In this document: positions 25,818 through 34,676 of the stretch, in pieces
Numbering within the stretch: position 1 is the first letter of the stretch
Layout: the number at the start of each line of letters is the position of its first letter
From: Ignavibacteriota bacterium
Lineage (GTDB): Bacteria; Bacteroidota; Ignavibacteria; Ignavibacteriales; Melioribacteraceae
Direction of reading: 5' to 3'
Assembly (NCBI GenBank): GCA_016716225.1
Contig: JADJWT010000001.1
Span: 1,657,726-1,721,725, forward strand
DNA: 64,000 bases
Position numbers and translations under genes: made by a program
Notes under the pieces: generated by a model
Databases searched by the model: none
Seen by the model: only the letters and a program-made list of their open reading frames with translations
What the model was told of the DNA's origin: nothing

Positions 25818-26596
25818 TGCTCAAAAAAAGCGGAAGTCTTTACGGGTTAATATTAGGATTTATTTCAATTTTTGGTGCTTTTTTGCTGGAAGGCGGATCC
25901 TTCAATGCACTTTTTCTATTGCCGGCGATGCTTATTGTTTTTGGCGGAACTTTTTCTGCTACAATTATTGGTGTTGGAGTAGAAAAATTTAAAAAAATAT
26001 TTATGTTAATTAAATTGGCTTATTTTCCACCAAAGTATGATATTAAACAATTAATTGATGGATTTGTAAACGTTGCAGTAAAAAGTCGCCAAGAAGGAAT
26101 TCTTTCGATTCAAAGCCAATTAAGCAAATTATTGTATCCTTTCCCCAAAAAAATGATGCACTTTGTAATGGATGGTACAGATCTTGAACAATTAGAATTA
26201 ATTGCCTACGGTGAAATAAGAGCAATGGCAAATAGACATAACCAGAATATTTCAATGTTCAGCAAAATGGGAGGTTACGCACCTACGATGGGAATTATTG
26301 GAACAGTTATGGGTTTAATAATGACTCTAGCCAATGCCGGAAAGGATCCAAATACTTTAATTCATAATATTGCAACCGCTTTTATTGCAACATTGTGGGG
26401 AATTCTTAGCGCAAATTTAATTTGGTTACCAATAGCAGATAAACTAAAACAATGTCACTTAGACGAAAAACATATGATGGAACTTTCATTAGAAGGAGTG
26501 ATGGCTATACACAGTGGGGAAATCCCATCGATAGTAAAGTCACGGCTAATGAGCTTCTTACCTCAAAAAGAACAAGGATCAATAGGCGTAAGATAG
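25817..26596 (+). CDS. motA: flagellar stator protein MotA, set 1 (short Firmicute/spirochaete-like type)
   Basis: 259 aa. Contains MotA/TolQ/ExbB channel motifs (GGYAPTMGIIGTVMGLI, FIATLWGILSANLIWLPIADKL). The C-terminus EGVMAIHSGEIPSIVKSRLMSFL resembles Bacillus MotA. Confidence 0.88.
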   Translation: MLKKSGSLYGLILGFISIFGAFLLEGGSFNALFLLPAMLIVFGGTFSATIIGVGVEKFKKIFMLIKLAYFPPKYDIKQLIDGFVNVAVKSRQEGILSIQSQLSKLLYPFPKKMMHFVMDGTDLEQLELIAYGEIRAMANRHNQNISMFSKMGGYAPTMGIIGTVMGLIMTLANAGKDPNTLIHNIATAFIATLWGILSANLIWLPIADKLKQCHLDEKHMMELSLEGVMAIHSGEIPSIVKSRLMSFLPQKEQGSIGVR

Positions 26597-27267
26597 AAGA
26601 TGATTCTTCGGAATTATTTGAAGAAGCAAATCCGGAACGATATCTATTAACTTATGCTGACTTAATTACTTTGCTGCTTGGGCTTTTTATAATTCTCTAT
26701 GCAATTTCAAATGTTGATGTTTCAAAGTATGAGAAAATGATGGAGAATATGGGCAGTTATTTTGGCAATGAATATTTTGCTGATCCTGAATTTAAATCTG
26801 ATTATCTTGATTTGAGTGACGGTAAAGAAAATTTAAAAACATCAATACAAAATTTTATTGATGAATATGAGTATTCAAATAATATCAAAATTGTTGAAAA
26901 CGAAAGAGGAATTGTAATTAGTATTTTGGATAATATTTTATTTGAATCCGGACGAGCTGAACTATCTGATGCATCTAAACCAATTTTAAATAAGATGGCT
27001 CAATTATTAAAAACTTTACCTAATGATATTAGGATAGAAGGTCACACTGATAATATTCCAATAGAGACAAATGAATTTCCGTCAAACTGGCATTTATCAA
27101 TGGAAAGAGCAACCAATACAGCCTATTACTTAATGCATGAACAAGGTTTGATCCAAGAAAGAGTTTCCGTAGTTGGAAATTCAGAATTTAAACCGGTAGC
27201 TGAAAATGATACTCCGGAAAATAGAGCGTTAAACAGAAGAGTAGATATAGTAATTTTAAACAAATAA
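26452..27267 (+). CDS. motB: flagellar stator protein MotB, set 1 (OmpA-like peptidoglycan-binding)
   Basis: The plug/TM region YLLTYADLITLLLGLFIILYAI contains the conserved Asp. The OmpA-like C-terminus reads IRIEGHTDNIP...SNWHLSMERATNTAYYL...NRALNRRVDIVIL. The only in-frame ATG lies 145 nt inside motA, so the start is uncertain (see findings). Confidence 0.82.
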   Translation: MSLRRKTYDGTFIRRSDGYTQWGNPIDSKVTANELLTSKRTRINRRKIEDDSSELFEEANPERYLLTYADLITLLLGLFIILYAISNVDVSKYEKMMENMGSYFGNEYFADPEFKSDYLDLSDGKENLKTSIQNFIDEYEYSNNIKIVENERGIVISILDNILFESGRAELSDASKPILNKMAQLLKTLPNDIRIEGHTDNIPIETNEFPSNWHLSMERATNTAYYLMHEQGLIQERVSVVGNSEFKPVAENDTPENRALNRRVDIVILNK

Positions 27268-27277
27268 GAGAAAAATT

Positions 27278-27661
27278 ATGAAGATTCAAAACAAACAATT
27301 TGGCGAAATTGAGTATAGCGAAGATTCAATACTAAAATTCAAAGAAGGAATTATTGGATTTGAAGAATTGAACAATTTTATTTTAATTAATGAAAAGGAC
27401 AGCTTTTTTTCTTGGCTTACTTCAGTAGATCAGCCGGAAATTATTTTTCCATTATTTCCAATAGAATTGCTACAAGAAGAACTAAAGAAAGAAAACAATT
27501 TTGAATCTTTTGGAATTGTGAAATTAGATAAAGAACCGGAAAAAATAACAATAAACTTAAAAGCACCAGTCTTTATTGATCAAAACGAAAAAATTGGATT
27601 TCAAAAAATATCCGAAAGTGAAGAATTGCCATTGGACTATCCACTTTTTGTTAATAATTGA
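27278..27661 (+). CDS. fliW: flagellar assembly factor FliW
   Basis: FGEIEYSEDSILKFKEGIIGFEELNNFILI is the classic FliW N-terminus. The gene lies adjacent to csrA. Confidence 0.88.
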   Translation: MKIQNKQFGEIEYSEDSILKFKEGIIGFEELNNFILINEKDSFFSWLTSVDQPEIIFPLFPIELLQEELKKENNFESFGIVKLDKEPEKITINLKAPVFIDQNEKIGFQKISESEELPLDYPLFVNN

Positions 27662-27671
27662 GAATTTTAAA

Positions 27672-27926
27672 ATGTTAATACTAACGAGAAAAGAAAATCA
27701 AAAAATTAGAATTGGGAATAATATTATTCTAAATATCGTTTCAATTTCCGATAATCATGTTAAAATTGGAATTGAAGCAGAAAAGGACATAGCAATTTTT
27801 AGAGAAGAAGTTTATCAGCAGATTATTGAGAATAATAAAAATTCTACAACAAAATTAAAAAATGAATTGCCGGAAAATTTAAAATTATTAAAGATTAACA
27901 AAATCAAAAAAGATGATAAAAAATAA
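27672..27926 (+). CDS. csrA: carbon storage/translational regulator CsrA
   Basis: Contains MLILTRKENQKIRIGNNIILNIVSISDNHVKIGIEAEKDIAIFREEVY. I prefer the ATG at 27672. The track ORF start at 27576 would overlap fliW. Confidence 0.9.
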   Translation: MLILTRKENQKIRIGNNIILNIVSISDNHVKIGIEAEKDIAIFREEVYQQIIENNKNSTTKLKNELPENLKLLKINKIKKDDKK

Positions 27927-28617
27927 TGTTAAGGTATTAATAATTGACGACAATTTTTCGATACTACAATATCTAAAAACATTGTTGGAAAGATACGGGT
28001 TTACAGTTAAAACAAGTTCAAACGGATATGAAGGTTTGCAAGATTCCGCTGAATTTAAACCCGATATTATATTTTTAGATTTAATGATGCCAAACATTGA
28101 CGGCATTAAAATGTTGCAGCTAAAAAAAGTTTTAAATGATATTAAAGAAATTCCGGTTATAGTTATTAGTGCAAATGCCGGAAGAAATAATGTAATTGCA
28201 GCAATTGAAGCAGGTGCAGACAGAGTTTTAGCAAAACCTATAAATATAAAACAGCTTAAAGCGGTTGTAAATGAATTGCTGAACAAAGAATGTTTTGAAA
28301 TAGAAAACGAGTTTGAAAATATTCCGTTACAAAAAGTTGAAAATGAATTTGATTTACTCGAAAAATTTGTTGAATGTAAAATAAGTATAAATGAAGCTAT
28401 TGAAAGAAGAGAATCAAAAAACTTAAAGGAATTAATAAACTTTCTTTATAGTATTGTTGAAAAAGGAAAAAGTACAATTACAAAAAATTTACTAAATGAT
28501 TTGTTGAATAAAGAATTTTTGAAACCATCTGATTGGATGTTTGCAGAACTGATAATTAAGCAAATTGAGCATGAACTCAATAAAAGTAATAAACAAAATT
28601 TAATAACAAAAATTTGA
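27913..28617 (+). CDS. response regulator (CheY-like receiver) with uncharacterised helical C-terminal domain
   Basis: The receiver signature residues appear intact: IIDDN, FLDLMMP, VISAN and LAKP. I did not recognise the ~110-aa C-terminal extension. Confidence 0.8.
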   Translation: MIKNNVKVLIIDDNFSILQYLKTLLERYGFTVKTSSNGYEGLQDSAEFKPDIIFLDLMMPNIDGIKMLQLKKVLNDIKEIPVIVISANAGRNNVIAAIEAGADRVLAKPINIKQLKAVVNELLNKECFEIENEFENIPLQKVENEFDLLEKFVECKISINEAIERRESKNLKELINFLYSIVEKGKSTITKNLLNDLLNKEFLKPSDWMFAELIIKQIEHELNKSNKQNLITKI

Positions 28618-28624
28618 TAAAATT

Positions 28625-29482
28625 ATGTTTATAATTATTGGAGCTATAGTAGTATTAGCCAGCTTAATTGTTGGTTTCTCAATGGCTGGTGGTCAGCTTT
28701 TGGTTTTATTACAGCCTTCCGAATTTGTAACAATAGGCGGTGCAGCAATTGGAAGCTTATTAATTTCTGCTTCATTGGATGATATTAAAAATATAGTTGG
28801 TGCAATTCCCAAAGCAATTAGTCATAAACATCACACAAAATCAGAAAATTTATCTCTCTTAAAAGCACTTTATGATTTATTTTTATTGGCACAAAGAGAC
28901 GGATTATTAGCAATTGAAAAACATATTGAAAACCCAAATGATAGTGATGTATTCAAATCTGATCCAAAATTATTGAAAAATAAAACTGCTATAACATTTC
29001 TTTGCGATACATTAAAAGTTATGCTTTCGGGCGGAGTTCCTCCTCATGAAGTTGAAGCATTAATGGATATAGAAATTAAAACTTACAAAACAGAAACACA
29101 TCCAACTTATGCATTATTAAGTAAACTTGGTGATGCTTTTCCGGCATTAGGAATTGTTGCGGCAGTTCTTGGAATAATTGTAACCATGGGAAGTATCAAT
29201 GCCGGCGCTGAAGCTGTTGGTCACCACGTTGCTGCTGCTTTAGTTGGAACTTTTTTAGGTGTATTATTATCTTATGGTTTTGTTGGCCCTTTGGCTACTA
29301 ATATTGAACACATGATTGAAGGCGAAGTAAGATATTTGGAAACAATAAAGGAATGTGTAATAGCGTATGCAAAAGGAAATCCTCCGATAGTTGCAGTTGA
29401 AGTTGGACGAAGAACAATAAATTCACACACAAGACCATCATTTTCAGAGTTAGAAAATTATTTAAGAGGAAAATCTGAATAA
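28625..29482 (+). CDS. motA: flagellar stator protein MotA, set 2 (proteobacterial-like type)
   Basis: 285 aa. The N-terminus MFIIIGAIVVLASLIVGFSMAGGQLLVLLQPSEFVTIGGAAIGSLLIS is collinear with enterobacterial MotA. Also contains ALGIVAAVLGIIVTMG. Confidence 0.9.
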   Translation: MFIIIGAIVVLASLIVGFSMAGGQLLVLLQPSEFVTIGGAAIGSLLISASLDDIKNIVGAIPKAISHKHHTKSENLSLLKALYDLFLLAQRDGLLAIEKHIENPNDSDVFKSDPKLLKNKTAITFLCDTLKVMLSGGVPPHEVEALMDIEIKTYKTETHPTYALLSKLGDAFPALGIVAAVLGIIVTMGSINAGAEAVGHHVAAALVGTFLGVLLSYGFVGPLATNIEHMIEGEVRYLETIKECVIAYAKGNPPIVAVEVGRRTINSHTRPSFSELENYLRGKSE

Positions 29483-30249
29483 TGGCTGATCAAGGTAATG
29501 ATAAACCCATTATTGTTAAGAAAATTATTGCAGGCGGACATGGACATCATGGCGGCGCATGGAAAGTAGCTTATGCAGATTTTGTGACGGCGATGATGGC
29601 TTTGTTTATCGTTCTTTGGATTCTTGGTCAAGACCAAGCTGTAAAAGAAAATATTGCAGGTTATTTTAATGATCCTAGCGGATTTGGAGTTGGGAACGGA
29701 CCAAGTGCAATTGAAGGAAAGGGTAAACAAAAAATGATCCCTTCTCCTTTAACTGATTTGCAAAAAAAAGAAATGGAAAAAGAGCGACTTGAATCAATGG
29801 GTGAGGAGTTATTAGATAATCTCAAGAATCAAGACTTTAAAGAATTAATTGATCAAATTGATATTGAAGTTACTGACGAAGGTTTGCGAATAGAAATTAT
29901 GGAATCCAGTAATGATGCTTTTTTCGAGGTTGGAACTTCAACATTGAGCGAAAGAGCAAAATCGATTCTTTCAATTATTGGAAAACAGATGACTCAAGTT
30001 AATAATAAAGTTGTTGTTGAAGGACACACAGATTCAAGACCATTTTCAAACGGGCTTGCTGGGTATTCAAATTATGAGCTTAGTGCCGATAGAGCAAATT
30101 CCGCAAGACGTGCATTGATTGGAAGTGGATTAAAATCAGATCAAATTGATGAAATTAGAGGTTATGCAGATAATAGATTAAGAAATTTAGAAGATCCGAA
30201 TGATGTTGTAAATCGTAGAATAAGTATAATTGTAAAATACTCTCAATAA
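29482..30249 (+). CDS. motB: flagellar stator protein MotB, set 2 (OmpA-like)
   Basis: HGGAWKVAYADFVTAMMALFIVLWIL compares with E. coli MotB [24 protein letters not shown]. Also contains EGHTDSRPF...YSNYELSADRANSARRAL...NRRISIIV. Confidence 0.9.
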   Translation: MADQGNDKPIIVKKIIAGGHGHHGGAWKVAYADFVTAMMALFIVLWILGQDQAVKENIAGYFNDPSGFGVGNGPSAIEGKGKQKMIPSPLTDLQKKEMEKERLESMGEELLDNLKNQDFKELIDQIDIEVTDEGLRIEIMESSNDAFFEVGTSTLSERAKSILSIIGKQMTQVNNKVVVEGHTDSRPFSNGLAGYSNYELSADRANSARRALIGSGLKSDQIDEIRGYADNRLRNLEDPNDVVNRRISIIVKYSQ

Positions 30250-30375
30250 TCCATTCCCGACTTTTGCAAACCAGAATTTATAAAAGAAAAATTCTTTACT
30301 TTTTTTCTAACTTGTTGATATTTATTTTTATTTCAATAATTATTTGTAACAAAATTCTTAGAATAAAATAAAAGT

Positions 30376-31032
30376 TTGATGAATGAAACAAATAAAATAT
30401 TAATTGTTGAAGATGAAGAAGATTCACGATTTATTTATGAAAGACTTCTTACCAAAAACGGTTATACAATAAAAAGTGTTAATAATGGTGAAGAAGCTCT
30501 TGAAGTAATAAACCATTTCAAACCCGCAATTATTTTAGCTGATTGGACAATGCCTAAATTAAACGGAATAGAACTTTGCAATATTGTAAAAAGTAAAGAA
30601 GAATATAAATTAATTTATTTCATATTGCTTACGGCAAGAACTTCACTTAAAGACCGAGTTGAAGGTTTAGATACCGGTGCCGATGATTATTTAGTGAAAC
30701 CGATTGACAATCAAGAATTGGTTGCAAGAATTAGATCAGGAATTAGAATACATAATTTGCAAAATGAATTAAAAAATACCGAACATCAAAAAGCTGTAAT
30801 TGAATTAGCTTGCACAATTGGACATAGAATTAATAATCCTTTAAGCAGCCTTAAAATGTCGGTTGATTCCCTAAAAGATGAAATAGATTCAAAAAAAGAA
30901 AATGTAAGCGATGATTTTTTTGTAATTGATGAATCGCTGAAAAGAATTCAAGAATTTGTTAAGGCACTTCAAAATTTACAAAGCGCAGAAATTACTGACT
31001 ATGCATTAGATAATAAAATGCTGAAAATTTAA
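30376..31032 (+). CDS. response regulator: receiver domain fused to a DHp/HisKA-like helix, no ATPase domain
   Basis: Receiver residues are VEDEED, LADWTMP, LLTART and LVKP. The C-terminal H-box-like segment is ELACTIGHRINNPLSSLKMSVDSL. The protein ends at 218 aa without HATPase_c. Confidence 0.8.
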   Translation: MMNETNKILIVEDEEDSRFIYERLLTKNGYTIKSVNNGEEALEVINHFKPAIILADWTMPKLNGIELCNIVKSKEEYKLIYFILLTARTSLKDRVEGLDTGADDYLVKPIDNQELVARIRSGIRIHNLQNELKNTEHQKAVIELACTIGHRINNPLSSLKMSVDSLKDEIDSKKENVSDDFFVIDESLKRIQEFVKALQNLQSAEITDYALDNKMLKI

Positions 31033-31071
31033 TAGGAAAAATTTTTACCATTCCTTAAAGAAAACTTCAGT

Positions 31072-31098
31072 TAAACTCTTAATTTCATGTACCGATAA
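31072..31098 (+). promoter_or_regulatory. candidate FliA (sigma-28) dependent promoter
   Basis: TAAA (31072-31075), N15, then ACCGATAA (31091-31098), against the consensus TAAA-N15-GCCGATAA. It ends 16 nt upstream of the ATG at 31115. Confidence 0.6.
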
Positions 31099-31114
31099 TG
31101 AAATTAGGAGAACA

Positions 31115-31765
31115 ATGTTAGAAAAAATATCAAATATTAATCCGCAAGATAAATTTAAAAGTGGTACAAAAGTACTTCCAACAAATCCGTATATAATTCA
31201 TGCAAATGATTATAATCTGAAAAAAAAAGATTCGGCATTGTTTTCACCTCTCGCAAAATTGATGTCTAAAATAAATTGGCACATTCTTAATCTTGAATAT
31301 CCATCGGATGATGAAATGCTTTTCCATTTTCTTGTAGATGATATTGAATTTTTTACAATAATAAATTTCAATGAACTTTATACAAATTCACATCATGAAT
31401 TTTCTATCATTAAATCCGGATTTTACAAAAATTCAAAAGTAAATTTCGAAGCTTCTATTGAAGTTCAAAAAGATGAAATTGCAATTCTCGAATTTCCCGA
31501 TAGAATAGAAATCTCTCATTTGAAAAGATTTTTTAACAGAATGGAAATAAATGAATTCAATATTGCAATAAATCAAAAATTCTATGATGAAATTACTTTA
31601 GGAATTGAAAACGGAATTTATAGTGAGCTAAATTATATACTGAAAGTTATTTATACATTTATTACAACTAAGCATCCGGATAAAATAAAAAACCATTTTA
31701 TTCTAAAAAGCCAACCAAATATTCCGATTATTATTCAACAAATTGACATTATTAATACAGATTGA
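31115..31765 (+). CDS. hypothetical protein (216 aa)
   Basis: The ORF has an AGGAG RBS at 31106-31110 and is preceded by the sigma-28-like promoter. I recognise no motif in it. Confidence 0.55.
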   Translation: MLEKISNINPQDKFKSGTKVLPTNPYIIHANDYNLKKKDSALFSPLAKLMSKINWHILNLEYPSDDEMLFHFLVDDIEFFTIINFNELYTNSHHEFSIIKSGFYKNSKVNFEASIEVQKDEIAILEFPDRIEISHLKRFFNRMEINEFNIAINQKFYDEITLGIENGIYSELNYILKVIYTFITTKHPDKIKNHFILKSQPNIPIIIQQIDIINTD

Positions 31766-31772
31766 ATAAAAT

Positions 31773-33626
31773 TTGAAAAATACTCTTAATTACTCTTATT
31801 TCGATTTAGATATAATAAGTAAATTTGAATCCTTTGAAGAATTTCCCAATACTAAACCGGTAATTTTAGCTGGCAGTAACGGATTGATTCTTTTTGCCAA
31901 TAACTCCGCCCGAATCAAACACAAATTCAAAGAAGGAAAAAATTTATTTGAATTTAAATCTGAGCCGGATTTAGAATCACTTTTTACCAATCTTACAAAA
32001 AGTAGAATCACAAGTTTTTCAACAGATTTTGTGATTAAAGATGATAATAATTATTACAGCGGATATTTATTAAATCTTGAAAAAGTTATAATTAAGAATG
32101 AAGATGTTTTTATAATTTACATCGAATCTCAAGATAACAGAACTCGAATTACAAAAAAAATTAACTCTTATAATCAAGCACTTGAATCAGTAAACGTAGG
32201 AGTTTTACTTGCTGATAAAAATGCAAATATAAATTATTTATCAACATCTTTTGAAGAATTCCTACATAAAAATATTGAAGAAGTTTATAGCAAAAATTTA
32301 GCAGAAGTTTTCAAAAAACATTTATCCACTCAAGAATTGATTGATCTACAATTCTCAATTGACCATCATCAGAATTGGGTGAAAGTAATTTCGGATATTT
32401 CAAATGATGGTGATATTTTATATAAAGAAATTAGACTAAATACCGTTCAAGATAATATTGATAAATCGATAAGTTATATTGTTACTGCAAATGATATTAC
32501 CGAACATATTAAACAAGCGAGATTATTAAAAATATCCGAACAAAAACAGAAATCAATTATTAACAATATCTCTGATCCAATTTTAATTTTAAGAAAAGAA
32601 AAAAATTATCTTCTATTCGAAAACGCAAATAATAGTTTTTATTCAAATATTCTTTTATCAAAAAATGAGATAAAGCCGGAATCAAAAGTTGAAGAAATAT
32701 TATCAAGAGAATTGTATAATTCAATAAATATTTCGATAACAAATTTGAATAATACCAATCGTGTTCACTCTCAATTTCATTTTACTTCATTGAACAATAA
32801 AAGATATTTAGGAAAAATAACTTTTACGGATGATAATTCTGATCACATCAAACTTTATATTATAAGCATGACTGACATTACTGAACAGCTTGAAATTGAA
32901 CGAAAACTTAGAGAGGCTTATAAAAAAGAAATCAGTTTGAATAAATTAAAATCTACATTTCTTGCAAATATGTCGCATGAAATTAGAACTCCATTAAATG
33001 CTATTGTAGGATATTCTGATTTACTTGAAGATGATGTAAAAGCCAAAAATTTTGAATCTTCAACACAAATGACAACATATTTAAAAGAAGGTGTTAATCG
33101 TTTGCTAAAATTGGTTGATAATATAGTTGAAGTTTCACTTTTAGAATCGGGAAATGAAGAAATTGAACTAACTAAAATTGATCTTAATTCAGTAATTAAT
33201 TTAAATCAAGATTATTGGAAAGAACAAGCGAAAATTAAATCAATTAATTTTAAGTTTGAACTTACACCAGTTGAAATAAAAATTTATGCCAATGAAGAAA
33301 AACTTAACAGAGCAATAAATGAAATTGTTGACAATGCAATTAAATACAGTAATGAGAATGGAGAGATTATTATCTCAACTTTAAATGAAGAATCTAGCGG
33401 AATAATTATTGTAAAAGATTTTGGAATTGGAATTGATAAAAATAATCTGGAAAAAATATTGCAAATTTTTGAGCAAGGTGAAGACGTTGGATATACCAGA
33501 AAATATGAAGGTGCGGGTTTAGGCCTTTCACTTGCAAACAAATTAATATCATATATGAAAGGTGAATTAAAAATTATAAGTGAATTAAAAAAAGGAACTT
33601 CAGTACAACTTATTCTGCCAAAGTAA
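31773..33626 (+). CDS. PAS-domain sensor histidine kinase
   Basis: The H-box is STFLANMSHEIRTPLNAIVGYSDLL. The N-box is INEIVDNAIKYS, G1 is VKDFGIGI, and G2 is GAGLGLSLANKL. The start is TTG. Confidence 0.88.
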   Translation: MKNTLNYSYFDLDIISKFESFEEFPNTKPVILAGSNGLILFANNSARIKHKFKEGKNLFEFKSEPDLESLFTNLTKSRITSFSTDFVIKDDNNYYSGYLLNLEKVIIKNEDVFIIYIESQDNRTRITKKINSYNQALESVNVGVLLADKNANINYLSTSFEEFLHKNIEEVYSKNLAEVFKKHLSTQELIDLQFSIDHHQNWVKVISDISNDGDILYKEIRLNTVQDNIDKSISYIVTANDITEHIKQARLLKISEQKQKSIINNISDPILILRKEKNYLLFENANNSFYSNILLSKNEIKPESKVEEILSRELYNSINISITNLNNTNRVHSQFHFTSLNNKRYLGKITFTDDNSDHIKLYIISMTDITEQLEIERKLREAYKKEISLNKLKSTFLANMSHEIRTPLNAIVGYSDLLEDDVKAKNFESSTQMTTYLKEGVNRLLKLVDNIVEVSLLESGNEEIELTKIDLNSVINLNQDYWKEQAKIKSINFKFELTPVEIKIYANEEKLNRAINEIVDNAIKYSNENGEIIISTLNEESSGIIIVKDFGIGIDKNNLEKILQIFEQGEDVGYTRKYEGAGLGLSLANKLISYMKGELKIISELKKGTSVQLILPK

Positions 33627-33833
33627 AATGTAAATTTCCTCACAAGAAATTCTAATTTATAAATTTCTACATCATTTAAATATTTAGAAATTATAATTTT
33701 ATAAGACTTTCAAATTCAAAAATTTATTTAAAACCCTAACAATACTTATTAATTATTAAGTTGATTTCGTACATAATAAAGAATTATGTTTAGAAATCTA
33801 AAATCATTACGCTAACAAAAATCCAAATAATGT

Positions 33834-34667
33834 ATGAAGAAAATTGTTTTTCTTTGGATTCTTTCATTTATAATTACTGTATCAACTGCAGTTTACCAAA
33901 GAATGACTGGTCCTACATATCCAATCTCCGGAAAAACTAATTTAAACAATAGTGTTGTAAATTTTAAATTTGCAAGATCACACGGTGGTTTAACTGATCA
34001 CGAAGTAAAAATCTTAGTAAATAATAAAAATATATACGGAAATTTATTTTACAAAAGGTATAAAACTTCGGATGAATGGATTGAAATTCCGATGAAAAAT
34101 ATTAATGGTGAATTAATTGGAAAATTACCACATCAACCACCAGCTGGGAAATTGCAATATTTTGTTGAATTAAATTCACAAAATGATTTTATAAAAATTC
34201 CAAATGATCATCCTGTAATTATCAGATTTAAAGGGGATGTCCCAAATTATATTTTAATTCCTCACATAATTGCAATGTTTATGGGAATGCTGTTTTCGAC
34301 AAGAACCGGATTAGAATATTTTAATAATGGAAAAAATATCAGAAAACTTACAATTTGGACTTTAACGTTTCTAATTATTGGCGGATTTATTCTTGGTCCA
34401 ATTATGCAGAAATTTGCTTTCGGCGAATACTGGACGGGCTTTCCGTTTGGTATAGATTTAACGGATAACAAAACTTTAATTACAATTTTGGGATGGTTAT
34501 TTGCATTTTTTATGTATAAGAAAAGTAAAAATCCTAAACTTTGGGCAGCATTTGCATCAATTTTATTAATTATTGTATATTTAATTCCGCATAGTGTTCT
34601 TGGCTCAGAATTAGACTACAACAAGCTTGATGCTCAGAAAAAATCATTAGAAAAAACAATTGATTAA
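33834..34667 (+). CDS. hypothetical integral membrane protein
   Basis: It has an N-terminal TM helix, a soluble ~120-aa segment and then 4-5 TM helices. I recognise no family. Confidence 0.55.
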   Translation: MKKIVFLWILSFIITVSTAVYQRMTGPTYPISGKTNLNNSVVNFKFARSHGGLTDHEVKILVNNKNIYGNLFYKRYKTSDEWIEIPMKNINGELIGKLPHQPPAGKLQYFVELNSQNDFIKIPNDHPVIIRFKGDVPNYILIPHIIAMFMGMLFSTRTGLEYFNNGKNIRKLTIWTLTFLIIGGFILGPIMQKFAFGEYWTGFPFGIDLTDNKTLITILGWLFAFFMYKKSKNPKLWAAFASILLIIVYLIPHSVLGSELDYNKLDAQKKSLEKTID

Positions 34668-34676
34668 AGGGGTAAT

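Noticed and set aside
27888-28286. 132-aa minus-strand ORF opposite the receiver-domain gene.
   Set aside because: The plus-strand ORF has all the receiver signature residues, so the minus-strand product is a hydrophobic antisense artefact. The same reasoning applies to 29458-29730, 31796-32011, 32560-32742, 33284-33643, 34262-34471, 35059-35274, 36380-36589, 38530-38954 and 39214-39426.
33627-33833. AT-rich inverted repeats (AATTTCTA...TAGAAATT and AAATTTC...GAAATT) after the PAS kinase, considered as a terminator or small RNA.
   Set aside because: The stems are short, purely A/T and have large loops, so they cannot be distinguished from background.
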